A stretch of DNA of 64,000 nucleotides from a bacterium (GCA_035400585.1 DAOMZR010000001.1:191347-255346); one strand, 5' to 3'. Counted from the first letter of the stretch, positions 46,479-56,055 are shown. The notes: a model not told the origin generated them from the letters alone. Numbers and translations: made by a program.

Positions 46479-47255
46479 TTATTTTTTATTTTTTGACATT
46501 AAAACAAATGTTTCCAGCGCTACTAAAGATGCTCTATTTTCCATTTTAACCAAATCACCTTTACCAGATTGCGCCTCCACTGAATATTTAGCAATTTTCT
46601 GTCTAATATTTTTCTCAGCTTCTTGATCAACTACTAATAAGACTACCCCAGCTTTAACACCCTTTATTCTGGCCAAAGTTAAAACAGTTCCAGCTTCCAT
46701 ATCCTGAGCCAAAGTATTAAAATTTTTCCAAAATTCTTTAGTTTCTTTTGTCTTTTTAGAATATAAAGCATCAACCGTCACTGTTGTGCCGGAATAATAT
46801 TTAAACTTTAAAATTTCAGAAGCTTTTTTCATTGTCTGAAAAATATCTGGATCGGCAATTGCTGGATATTGCAAAGGAACATAATCAAGACAAGTATGAT
46901 CTTCTCTAACAACACTGTCGGAAATAATCAAATCACCAATTTTAATTTTGGTTTGATTGGCTCCACAAGAACCAACTCTAATAAAATTTTCCGCACCAAG
47001 AGCAACTAATTCTTCTATGGCAATAGCAGTTGAAGGACCACCAATACCAGTAGAACAAATAGTTATTGGTATGTTTTTATATTTACCAGTAAAAACTCTA
47101 AATTCCCTATTAAAAGAAATTTCCTTACCACCATCTAACAGCTTAGCAATACGCAAAACACGACCAGGATCACCAGGCAAAATCACGTTTTTAGCTATAC
47201 CTCCCTTTTTACATAAAATATGTGGCTGTAAATTATCAAAATTTTTAGCAGGCAT
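46479..47255 (-). CDS. Nucleoside phosphorylase, uridine phosphorylase-like (NP-I family)
   Basis: VILPGDPGRVLRIAKLLDGGKEISFNREFRVFTGKYKNIPITICSTGIGGPSTAIAIEELVALGAENFIRVGSCGA, DMEAGTVLTLARIKGVKAGVVLLVVDQE. Confidence 0.88.
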   Translation of the reverse strand: MPAKNFDNLQPHILCKKGGIAKNVILPGDPGRVLRIAKLLDGGKEISFNREFRVFTGKYKNIPITICSTGIGGPSTAIAIEELVALGAENFIRVGSCGANQTKIKIGDLIISDSVVREDHTCLDYVPLQYPAIADPDIFQTMKKASEILKFKYYSGTTVTVDALYSKKTKETKEFWKNFNTLAQDMEAGTVLTLARIKGVKAGVVLLVVDQEAEKNIRQKIAKYSVEAQSGKGDLVKMENRASLVALETFVLMSKNKK

Positions 47256-47381
47256 AAAAAAATAATTAAGTATTAAGACTACTTAATTTTAACACAATTT
47301 CAAAGAAAATGAAAGAAATTATAGTTAAAATTAACAAATAAATGGTTTGAAAATAAAAATTTTTAGCGCTATAATAAATAT

Positions 47382-48473
47382 ATGAAAAGAAAAAAACTCG
47401 TTTTAATGATTTTTGGTTTTTTGCTATCAATACTTATCTTTTTATTTAGCTTTGAATCAATTAATCAAACTGAAAAACAAAATAAAGATAATAATATTAT
47501 TTTTTTTGGAAAAAAAGATAAAGAAGAAATAATTAAACCAAAAGAAGTGCTAGAAGAAACAAAAAAAATAGAAGAAAACTCTGATTTAAATTTTTTATTT
47601 TTTGGAGATTTAATGCTGGGCCGTCATGTTGGCGAGAAAATAGACATCCACGGGCTTGATTATCTTTTTGAAAAGTTGGAAGTAGAAAAGTTTACCGAAA
47701 AATACGATTTTGTAATGGCCAATCTTGAAGGAGCTACCACTAACGAAGGAAAACATTATAAACCGGACAATCTTTATGACTTCGCTTTCAAACCAGAGAC
47801 AATAAATAATCTAAAAAAATATAACTTCAATATTTTTGCCCTATCAAATAATCACTTATCAGATCAAGGAGAAAAAGGAATCAGTGAAACCTACCAGAAT
47901 TTAAGCGAACTGGGTTTTAACTACTTTGGCTGCAAAGATGGATATTTGTCGTCATCAGAAAATACAGAAATCATCTATAAAGCTAATGAAAATGAAAAAC
48001 AAAAAATACTAAACGAAAATGATTGCTCTTCAATAATAATTGAAACTAAAAATAAAAAAATAGCCTTTTTTTCTTTTAGTATCGTTTACAGTGATATTGA
48101 AGAAAATTTAATATTAAACAAAATAGATCAAATTAAAAAACAAAGCGACTTTTTGATAATTTCGCCTCATTGGGGAGTAGAATATCAAGAAAAAGCCAAC
48201 AAAAAACAAGAAAATTTAGCCAAAAAAATGATAGATTCTGGGGCTGATTTAATTATTGGACACCACCCTCATGTAATCCAAAATTGGGAAATTTATAAAG
48301 AAAAACCGATCTTTTATTCTTTGGGGAATTTTATTTTTGATCAATATTTCTCCCCAGAAACACAAGAAGGGCTAGCCATATCAATCAAGGTAGATAATAA
48401 TAAAATCGACAAAACAATATATAAAATAAAAACAAAAGGAAGCAAAATTGAAGAAATTATAAAAATAGAATAA
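47382..48473 (+). CDS. CapA/PgsA-family metallophosphatase-like protein
   Basis: NFLFFGDLMLGRHVGEKI, DFVMANLEGATTN, NIFALSNNHLSDQGEKG, ISPHWGVEYQEKANKKQ, DLIIGHHPHVIQNWE, YSLGNFIFDQYF. Confidence 0.92.
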   Translation: MKRKKLVLMIFGFLLSILIFLFSFESINQTEKQNKDNNIIFFGKKDKEEIIKPKEVLEETKKIEENSDLNFLFFGDLMLGRHVGEKIDIHGLDYLFEKLEVEKFTEKYDFVMANLEGATTNEGKHYKPDNLYDFAFKPETINNLKKYNFNIFALSNNHLSDQGEKGISETYQNLSELGFNYFGCKDGYLSSSENTEIIYKANENEKQKILNENDCSSIIIETKNKKIAFFSFSIVYSDIEENLILNKIDQIKKQSDFLIISPHWGVEYQEKANKKQENLAKKMIDSGADLIIGHHPHVIQNWEIYKEKPIFYSLGNFIFDQYFSPETQEGLAISIKVDNNKIDKTIYKIKTKGSKIEEIIKIE

Positions 48474-48493
48474 AAAATTTAATAAAAATCAAC

Positions 48494-48522
48494 AAAAAGA
48501 GAGAATCATAAATTCTCTCTTT
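48494..48522. terminator. Bidirectional terminator
   Basis: aaaaagagagaatcataaattctctctttt. Confidence 0.8.
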
Positions 48523-48551
48523 TATTATCTTTGTATTTTATCGTCTCGTCT

Positions 48552-49277
48552 TTAGCGGCAAGAATTTAAACATTCTTGTCTAGCTTCAACTCCTTGAATC
48601 ATGTCACAATAAGAACAAACATCAATTTTTTCTCCAACCACTGGTATTTCGGCACTAGGATTGGTAGAATTAGATTGATTTGCTGGTGTTTGAACACTTG
48701 GATTAAAACCATTCATTAAGCTCGATAAATCTTTAAAAGTTTTATCATTTGGTAAATCAAATTTTGAATCATCAACGTTCCATGATTTACATTTAAAATC
48801 AAAAACCTCGTCCATATCAACAGTGTCTTGTTTTATTTCGTCACCAGCTTTATCGTCGGTTTCTCCTTCTTCTAGCTTCATTTTCATACCCTCCTTATTC
48901 ATTAAATCATCCCAAAAATAGTTCCAACCATCTTTTATAATACTAACTGAATTAAATCTCATACCTTGCCCCTTATCAACTGTATTCATTTCTACCCTGA
49001 TTCTTTCCCCTTTGTTGTCAAAATAATAAACAGCGCTCATTGTGGCTTCCTCATTTTCAATTTCAACCGAACACTGTAGTGGTTTCCCCTTTTTAAACAT
49101 ATCAATCACTGAAGAAGAAAAATAAGACTCTTCGTTGTCTAGGCTTTCTTCAACGACATCTGATTTGTTGTCAGAAATCGGCTTGCTAGGTTGATCCTCA
49201 TTTTTTTTGCCACAAGCAGATAAAGAAAAAATCAGAAGCAAAAAAAGCGGTAGTAAATAAACTCGAGAAAATTTCAT
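48552..49277 (-). CDS. Hypothetical lipoprotein
   Basis: Lipobox LFSLSAC; C-terminal Cys-rich CSYCDMIQGVEARQECLNSCR. Confidence 0.65.
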   Translation of the reverse strand: MKFSRVYLLPLFLLLIFSLSACGKKNEDQPSKPISDNKSDVVEESLDNEESYFSSSVIDMFKKGKPLQCSVEIENEEATMSAVYYFDNKGERIRVEMNTVDKGQGMRFNSVSIIKDGWNYFWDDLMNKEGMKMKLEEGETDDKAGDEIKQDTVDMDEVFDFKCKSWNVDDSKFDLPNDKTFKDLSSLMNGFNPSVQTPANQSNSTNPSAEIPVVGEKIDVCSYCDMIQGVEARQECLNSCR

Positions 49278-49387
49278 AATAATTATTATTAATTATTTTT
49301 TTAAAAAAAATAATTAAAATTTAATAATAATCTTTAGTAAAATAATAGCAAAAAAATTGATGTTTTACAAATAAAAATAATTACTAA

Positions 49388-50452
49388 TTATTTTTTATTC
49401 TCACTAATTATCTTATAATACAAATCCTCGTAAGAATTAACCATTTTTTCCAAAGAAAAAAACTTTTTTGCTCTTTCTAAACAATCCTCTTTTTTGATGT
49501 TTTTGACTAACTTTAAAGCTTTTAACATCTCGTTAAAATCCTTTACAACATAACCGGTTTTACCATTAACCACTAGTTCCCTAATAGCTCCTTGATCATA
49601 AGCCACAACTGGCACGCCAGAAGCCATAGCTTCTAAAAAGGTATTACCAAAAGCTTCGATTATTCTGTTTGGTTGTATCAAACAAAAAGCATTGCTTAGT
49701 AATTCCTTCTTTTTCTTCCCCAAAACTTCTCCTTGATAAATAATTTGCTTACCATCAATAAAAGGAAAAACATTCTTATCTAAAAAATATTTATCAGCTT
49801 CTGATATTTTGCCAGCTAGAACCAATTTCATTTTTAATCTTTTGGCTATTTTAATAGCCGTATCAACTCCTTTCTGAGGACTTAATCTGGCTAAAAACAA
49901 AAGATAATCTCCTGAATTTCTTTGTTGAATAAAGCTATCAGAATCAAGACCATTATAAACAATTTCTCGCCAATTTAAAAACGGTAATAATTTCTTAAGA
50001 GATTTAGAAATACCAACATAATTAAGATGCTTATATTTTTTTAATAATTCTCTTTCTTGTTCGAAAAACTCCCCATATCTAATAGAGTGAATTGAGGGCG
50101 TCTTTACTAAATCGGCAAAAATAACACTTTTCTGTTCAACTGCACAGTGAATAATATCAAAATCTTTAGCTCTTCTAAAAGCTTCGGCTATATTTTGATA
50201 TTCATGAACCTCAGAATAATCATTTTTATAATAAGTTTTTCTCACAGATATCAATTTTTGGGCTTTAGTTTTAGAATCACCGGTGGCAAATAAAGTAACT
50301 TGATGTCCTTTATCAACCAAACCATTTACCAAATAACCAATAGAAGAACCGGTACCGCCACGAGAATCAGGTGTTGTTTCTTCCCAAAGTTTAGAAATAA
50401 TAGCTATCTTCAATTTTTTTTTCATAAAAATATTATATTTATATATTAACAA
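49388..50452 (-). CDS. Glycosyltransferase family 4
   Basis: RGGTGSSIGYLVNGLVDKGHQVTLFATGDS, LARLSPQKGVDTAIKIAKRLKMKLVLAG, EAFGNTFLEAMASGVPVVAYDQGAIRELV. The real start is probably internal (MKKKLKIAIISKL). Confidence 0.92.
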   Translation of the reverse strand: MLIYKYNIFMKKKLKIAIISKLWEETTPDSRGGTGSSIGYLVNGLVDKGHQVTLFATGDSKTKAQKLISVRKTYYKNDYSEVHEYQNIAEAFRRAKDFDIIHCAVEQKSVIFADLVKTPSIHSIRYGEFFEQERELLKKYKHLNYVGISKSLKKLLPFLNWREIVYNGLDSDSFIQQRNSGDYLLFLARLSPQKGVDTAIKIAKRLKMKLVLAGKISEADKYFLDKNVFPFIDGKQIIYQGEVLGKKKKELLSNAFCLIQPNRIIEAFGNTFLEAMASGVPVVAYDQGAIRELVVNGKTGYVVKDFNEMLKALKLVKNIKKEDCLERAKKFFSLEKMVNSYEDLYYKIISENKK

Positions 50453-50530
50453 TAATAAAATTCATTGTAAACAAAAAAAGCCAAAGATGTTATCTTCGGC
50501 TCTAACCCTAAAACTCAATCATCGAGAAAA

Positions 50531-50953
50531 CTAAACCTCAATAGAGGTTGCGGTTACCTTAACAATATTTTTGTTAATGTCTTTTTTGGAAACGACCCTG
50601 GAAATCGTTTTTATTTTATATTTTATTTCCTTGGGAAAAACTTTTCCTGTCAGCTCTCCAACATCGATAATAATTGAAAAAACCTTGGGATCTAGTAAAA
50701 AAGCCTCGAAGCACTTGAAAAATTGATCGGTAATGAAGATTGGGCAAGGATCAGCATTTTGAATATCCTTAAAAAAATCTTCACCGAACTTAAAAGCGTT
50801 AACCAAATATCCATCCTCTTTCTTACCGTTAATTTTCAATTTAATTTTTTCCAAAAGCTGATTATTGGTTTTAGAAAGAAGGTTTTGGCCTTCAAGTAAC
50901 ATGTCGTCTATAACACTTTTACTTGGACATAAAAATTTTTCTTCCATTATCAA
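50531..50953 (-). CDS. Hypothetical protein
   Basis: 140-aa ORF filling the gap between two clear genes on the same strand. Confidence 0.55.
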   Translation of the reverse strand: MIMEEKFLCPSKSVIDDMLLEGQNLLSKTNNQLLEKIKLKINGKKEDGYLVNAFKFGEDFFKDIQNADPCPIFITDQFFKCFEAFLLDPKVFSIIIDVGELTGKVFPKEIKYKIKTISRVVSKKDINKNIVKVTATSIEV

Positions 50954-51000
50954 TTTGTTTTAAATGTTGTGAAACTACTAACTAAACTCTATCAAAAAAA

Positions 51001-52812
51001 CTAATTTTTGTCAATTTCCTGGTTTTTTTTATTAACCTTTATATTCAATTCTTCTAGTTGTTTTTCTTTAACTTCACAAGGAGAGCCACTCATCAAATCT
51101 TTACCTTTACTATCTTTGGGGAAAGCATAGATATCCCTAATTGAATTCCAGTTATTTAAAACCATAACAATTCTATCTAATCCAGGGGCATTTCCTCCAT
51201 GAGGAGGAGCACCATAAGAAAAAGCGTTAATCATAGCCGAAAAATTTTGATCAACTTCTTCTTTAGAATATCCGGCTATTTCAAAAGCTTTATACATAAC
51301 TTCTGGGTTATGATTTCTGATCGCTCCAGAAGAAACCTCAAAACCATTAAAAACCAAATCAAATTGATGAGCTAAAATTGATAAAGGCTCTTTGTTGAGC
51401 AATGATTCCATTCCACCTTGAGGCATAGAAAATGGATTATGAGCAAAGTCAATTCTTCCCTCTTCTATTTCTGAATATTCATACATTGGAAAATCAACTA
51501 CCCAAACCAAAGAAGCCAAGGAATTATCTTTTAAATTCATTTTTTCTGCCAAATAATTTCTTAAATAACCCAAAGCCAAACAAACAGTTCGCCACTCATC
51601 AGCTGCAATGAAAATAAGATCTCCTTCTTCCGACTTACATTTATTAATGATTTCAGAAATTAAATTATCACCTAAAAATTTTACCAAAGATGATTGAAAT
51701 TTTTCATCCTTTAAAACAATATAAGACAAGCCTTTTAGACCTTTCTTTTTAGCCTCTTCAATTGTTTCATCTATTTCCTTTCTGCTAAATTTTGCACCAC
51801 CTTTAACATTTAAAGCCTTAACAAATCCACCGTTTTTAATTTGATTAGTAAAAATAGCAAAATCAGAATTTTTAACTAAATCAGAAATATCAGTTAACTC
51901 CATTTCAAATCGTAAATCAGGCTTGTCTGATCCAAAACGATTTATAGCATCTGTCCAAGAAATTTGTTGAAAGCGACCATCCGGCAAAAGACCAATCATT
52001 TTTTTATCACTAAACTTTTCTACCAAATCTTTCATTAATGGTTCCATTGTTTTAAAAATATCGTCTTGTTCGACAAAACTCATTTCCATATCTACTTGAT
52101 AAAACTCTCCATAATGGCGATCCATGCGCGGATCCTCATCTCTAAAACAAGGGGCTATTTGAAAATATTTATCAACACCGCCAACCATTAATAATTGCTT
52201 AAACTGTTGCGGCGCCTGTGGCAAAGCATAAAATTTGCCAGGATAAATACGAGAAGGTATTAAAAAATCACGAGCACCCTCTGGTGAAGAGTTAGCCAAA
52301 ATTGGAGTTTGAATTTCTGTAAAATTTAAATTGTGAAAATAAGATCTAATATGTTTAATAATTTCGTCTTTTGTTTTTAACATTTTTTGGATTTTTTCTC
52401 GACGTAAATCCAAAAAACGATATTTTAAACGTAAAGCTTCGTTCACTTCTCCTGTTTTTTCATCATTTAGTTCAAAAGGAAGTGGCAAGCTTTTATTCAA
52501 GATTACAACATCCAAAATTTCCACCTCAATTTCTCCAGTGTTAATTTTATTGTTTTTATTAGCTTCATCACGAGCTACAACCAAACCATTAATTTGTAAA
52601 ACCCACTCATTTTTTACATCTTTTAAAGCGTCAGCTATTTTTTTATCACCATCATTACTATTAAATTTAATTTGAGTCAATCCGTATTTATCGCGCAAAT
52701 CTATGAAAATAAGACCGCCTAAATCGCGATAGCTATTTACCCAGCCAGACAAAATAACCTTTTCTCCTAAATTTTTAGAGCTCAGCTCCCCGCAAGTGTG
52801 AGTTCGAAGCAT
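51001..52812 (-). CDS. aspS: Aspartate--tRNA ligase
   Basis: LRTHTCGELSSKNLGEKVILSGWVNSYRDLGGLIFIDLRDKYGLTQI, QAPQQFKQLLMVGGVDKYFQIAPCFRDEDPRMDRHYGEFYQVDMEMSF, GAPPHGGNAPGLDRIVMVL. Confidence 0.96.
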   Translation of the reverse strand: MLRTHTCGELSSKNLGEKVILSGWVNSYRDLGGLIFIDLRDKYGLTQIKFNSNDGDKKIADALKDVKNEWVLQINGLVVARDEANKNNKINTGEIEVEILDVVILNKSLPLPFELNDEKTGEVNEALRLKYRFLDLRREKIQKMLKTKDEIIKHIRSYFHNLNFTEIQTPILANSSPEGARDFLIPSRIYPGKFYALPQAPQQFKQLLMVGGVDKYFQIAPCFRDEDPRMDRHYGEFYQVDMEMSFVEQDDIFKTMEPLMKDLVEKFSDKKMIGLLPDGRFQQISWTDAINRFGSDKPDLRFEMELTDISDLVKNSDFAIFTNQIKNGGFVKALNVKGGAKFSRKEIDETIEEAKKKGLKGLSYIVLKDEKFQSSLVKFLGDNLISEIINKCKSEEGDLIFIAADEWRTVCLALGYLRNYLAEKMNLKDNSLASLVWVVDFPMYEYSEIEEGRIDFAHNPFSMPQGGMESLLNKEPLSILAHQFDLVFNGFEVSSGAIRNHNPEVMYKAFEIAGYSKEEVDQNFSAMINAFSYGAPPHGGNAPGLDRIVMVLNNWNSIRDIYAFPKDSKGKDLMSGSPCEVKEKQLEELNIKVNKKNQEIDKN

Positions 52813-52949
52813 ATATTTATCTTAATTATATTTAATTATCACCAATTACTATATAAATATAGCCTAATTATACAAAAAAGTAAATAATAAATTTACTTAA
52901 TTCTTTTTTTGCTGTATATTGTTTTTATGATTAAAATTAACAAAATTAT

Positions 52950-53300
52950 ATGGCTGATGTTCAACAAATTTTCAATAAAATAAAAGAAAGGCAAAAAGAA
53001 CAAAAAACAATAAAACAAATTTATCGAGATGTTTTAAATAATTCTCAGGAATATCAGAACGTTTTAGAAGAGCTTGATAGTTTGAAAATCAAAAAGAAAA
53101 AAATAGAGGAAGTTTTAAAAAGCGAATTAAGGTCAGAAATGGAGCAATTAAACTCTATTAAAGTTGATATTGAATCAGAAAAAGAAATATTAAGCCAAGC
53201 AACTTTAGCTAAAATACTAAAAGGAGAACAAATAGAACTGGTCGATGAAAATAATAATAAATATGAGCCTATCTTCAGTGTACGTTTTAGAAAATATTAA
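52950..53300 (+). CDS. Hypothetical coiled-coil protein
   Basis: 116-aa ORF rich in heptads (DSLKIKKKKIEEVLKSELRSEMEQLNSIKVDIESEKEIL). Confidence 0.65.
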   Translation: MADVQQIFNKIKERQKEQKTIKQIYRDVLNNSQEYQNVLEELDSLKIKKKKIEEVLKSELRSEMEQLNSIKVDIESEKEILSQATLAKILKGEQIELVDENNNKYEPIFSVRFRKY

Positions 53301-53345
53301 AAATTTAAATATCTCAGAATTTAAAAAATAAATTAATTATAAATT

Positions 53346-53837
53346 ATGAGGGTACCAATCAGAAGAAGTGATAAAGTTCCCACAGAAAAAATAGACACTA
53401 AAATAACATTAGAAAAATACCGAAGTTTATCAAAAACTTTAGAAAAACTAAAAAACGAAATCAGACCGAAAGAATCGGAGGAGGTAAAAATATTATCGAC
53501 TACCGGAGATTATTCGGAAAATGCTGGTTATCAAGCGGCTAAAGCAAAACTAAGAAGAACTAATAATAAAATCAGTAAAATAGAATATATCTTAAATAGG
53601 GCCGACATAATTGAAACAAACCCAAAAAGCGACGAAGTACAAATAGGCAGTTTGGTTAAACTAGAAATTGATGGAAAAATAAAAAAATATCAGATACTAG
53701 GATCAGCCGAAACCGATCCCAGCAAAGGAAAAATATCATACATATCACCTCTTGGTAGTTCTTTGTTGGGAAAAAAAATAGGAGAATTTGTCAGTATAAA
53801 CAACTTAAAAAAATACAAAATTGTAGAAATAAAATAA
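53346..53837 (+). CDS. GreA/GreB-family transcript cleavage factor-like protein
   Basis: TTGDYSENAGYQAAKAKLRRTNNKISKIEYILNRADII, IGSLVKLEIDGKIKKYQILGSAETDPSKGKISYISPLGSSLLGKKIGEFVSI. Confidence 0.85.
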   Translation: MRVPIRRSDKVPTEKIDTKITLEKYRSLSKTLEKLKNEIRPKESEEVKILSTTGDYSENAGYQAAKAKLRRTNNKISKIEYILNRADIIETNPKSDEVQIGSLVKLEIDGKIKKYQILGSAETDPSKGKISYISPLGSSLLGKKIGEFVSINNLKKYKIVEIK

Positions 53838-53858
53838 AGGCATCAAATGATGCCTTTT
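53836..53858. terminator. Bidirectional terminator
   Basis: aaaggcatcaaatgatgcctttt between convergent genes. Confidence 0.75.
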
Positions 53859-53872
53859 AAAGTTGTAAATGT

Positions 53873-54376
53873 TTAAATCCCGTAAAAAAGAGATGATTGG
53901 CGATTTTTAATAATTCTATTAGTCCATCTCCAAAATAAACCTAAAATAATTACCAATAAATAAAGAACGAAGGGATAGAAAAAAAATTTTTCTAATAAAC
54001 TGTTATCAATTACCTCTTTAAAAGTCTGGTCAAAAAAATTATAAACAGGAACAAAATTAAAAAAATAATTCAGACATAAAAACAACCAGACATTAGCAAA
54101 AGGATAAATAACAAAGTAAAAGAAAAAAAATGTATGCCATTTTTCAAAAACATTAAAATCTTTAATAGTAATTCCGGCACTAGAAGTTAACTGTAAAAAA
54201 ATTATTAACAAAATAAAAATACCAAAACCGGCCACAGAAATAGACTTTAAAATATCTGACGGAAAATATAAATTCAAAAAAATGGCTATTATCCCCAGCA
54301 TAATGCCAGAAGCAGAGATTAGGGAGATTAGGCAAAAAATTGCTAAAATGTTAGGACTTACCTCTTTTGTATCCAT
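53873..54376 (-). CDS. Hypothetical four-TM membrane protein
   Basis: Hydrophobic segments NILAIFCLISLISASGIMLGIIAIFL, FGIFILLIIFLQL, FYPFVLYLLVIILGLFWRW. Confidence 0.55.
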   Translation of the reverse strand: MDTKEVSPNILAIFCLISLISASGIMLGIIAIFLNLYFPSDILKSISVAGFGIFILLIIFLQLTSSAGITIKDFNVFEKWHTFFFFYFVIYPFANVWLFLCLNYFFNFVPVYNFFDQTFKEVIDNSLLEKFFFYPFVLYLLVIILGLFWRWTNRIIKNRQSSLFYGI

Positions 54377-54422
54377 ATCATTTACTTTTTAGTTAGTATC
54401 AAAGAACCATTAAATACTTGTA

Positions 54423-55907
54423 TCACAAAAATAAATTTTTGTCAAAAGTAAAATTTCTTAATTCCTTTCTAATTGTTTTAAAATCTGGTACCGACAAAGA
54501 AACCAGATTCCAAAAAGCTAATGAATGATTAAACTCTTTTAAATGACATAATTCATGAACAATTACATAATTAGCTAATTTCTCTGGAAGAAAAATTAAT
54601 TTATAACTAAAATTTAAATTACCACAACGAGAACAACTTCCCCAACGAGTCTTTTGGTTTCTAATGCTTATTTTTGAATATTTAAAATTGTAAACCTTAT
54701 TTAATTCTTTAATCTTATTTTCAATAAAAATATAAGCATTTTTTTTATTTTTTTGATAATTTTGATAACTATTTTGCTGGTTGTTTTCGACTATTCTTTT
54801 GGAAAAAATTTTTAGTTTATCAATAATCCAATCAATTTTTTTAATATCGGGCATTGTTATTTCTATTTTTAAGTACTTCGTGCCGGCCGAAAATGGTATT
54901 TTATCATTTTCCATGATCCAAGTTTCAGTATTATAATAGCTTTCAAGTTCTGATCTCTTTATTGATAAGGTGTTATTTATGTTTTCAAAATCTAAATTTA
55001 TCAAATCATATTGGCTACCTTTCGCCATTATACTAAATTTATCACCTTGCCTAACCGTTATTTCATCAAATTTAACGAAGCGCGAAACATAAATACTGTT
55101 AAAATCTTTAAGGTCAAAATATCTCTCAATCTTATTTTCTTTCATAATCGCTTTTTTTTCTTCAAACTTTGATTCTGTATAGGAAAACAGTAAAAAGAAC
55201 GTTACCAAGCCCAAAAAGAATACTAATATAAGTCCAATAAATAATTTTTTATTAAAAAATTTCTTTTTTATAGCCAATAAATCTAAACCCAGAATAGCCA
55301 CAAAAATTGTTGGTATTGAAATTATAAATAAAGCTGATAGAAGGAATATATAATATCTCACTATCCCAATAACTTCTATTGTCTTAAAATCAACCATAAA
55401 TCTATCAAACAAAGAACTTGAGGAGTTAAACGATAGAATTAGAAAAATAACAACAGAAACTAAAAATCCTATAGTTCCTAGACTTAAAAATATTGCTCCA
55501 AATATTTTCTTGAAGACTAAAACTGATTTTGCTGGCGGATTTTTTGTAAGCAATAAAGTAATGCCCCTGATAACAATGCCCATCAGGCCACCAAAAATAA
55601 TAATTGCGGCAAAAAATAAAGCCGTTTGTAAAACTGGCAAAAAAAGAAAATGACCATCATAATCATACTCAATTATTATCTGCCAGATAATTATAAATAT
55701 AAAGCTAGTTAGAAATGAGCCGACAATCAATTTGGGCAAAAAATGATAACTTTTATCTTCATTTTGTGCCAATACCATCAGAATTCCGGCCGTTAAAGGT
55801 AAAAGTAAAATTTGCCATCCCCAGAAAAACGTAAACCAATCCGGCTTAAGGGTAAATAACCACCCGAGAATAATAGTAATGGCGGAAATTAAATAAATTT
55901 TTTTCAT
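54423..55907 (-). CDS. Multi-TM protein with DUF2807-like segment fused to a YgjP/WLM-like metallopeptidase domain
   Basis: Six or more TM helices, then FNSIYVSRFVKFDEITVRQGDKFSIMAKGSQYDLINLDFENINNTLSIKRSE...LKIEITMPDIKKI, then RNQKTRWGSCSRCGNLNFSYKLIFLPEKLANYVIVHELCHLKEFNHSLAFW. Confidence 0.75.
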   Translation of the reverse strand: MKKIYLISAITIILGWLFTLKPDWFTFFWGWQILLLPLTAGILMVLAQNEDKSYHFLPKLIVGSFLTSFIFIIIWQIIIEYDYDGHFLFLPVLQTALFFAAIIIFGGLMGIVIRGITLLLTKNPPAKSVLVFKKIFGAIFLSLGTIGFLVSVVIFLILSFNSSSSLFDRFMVDFKTIEVIGIVRYYIFLLSALFIISIPTIFVAILGLDLLAIKKKFFNKKLFIGLILVFFLGLVTFFLLFSYTESKFEEKKAIMKENKIERYFDLKDFNSIYVSRFVKFDEITVRQGDKFSIMAKGSQYDLINLDFENINNTLSIKRSELESYYNTETWIMENDKIPFSAGTKYLKIEITMPDIKKIDWIIDKLKIFSKRIVENNQQNSYQNYQKNKKNAYIFIENKIKELNKVYNFKYSKISIRNQKTRWGSCSRCGNLNFSYKLIFLPEKLANYVIVHELCHLKEFNHSLAFWNLVSLSVPDFKTIRKELRNFTFDKNLFL

Positions 55908-56019
55908 AATAAATAAGAATTTTTATTCATATATTAGCTATTATATCATAATTTTGTTGTATTTAATAGTTAATGTAAATATATTTTTTACAGAACTCGG
56001 ATTCGAACTAAAATATACA

Positions 56020-56047
56020 AAAAACACCTGTAAATACAGATGTTTTT
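56020..56047 (-). terminator. Imperfect terminator hairpin downstream of tRNA-Asn
   Basis: aaaaacacctgtaaatacagatgttttt, 9 bp past the tRNA 3' end on the minus strand. Confidence 0.6.
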
Positions 56048-56055
56048 GAGCGTTG

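Noticed and set aside
46957-47265. Forward ORF of 102 aa opposite the nucleoside phosphorylase.
   Set aside because: Antisense to PGDPGRV...STGIGGPS coding sequence.
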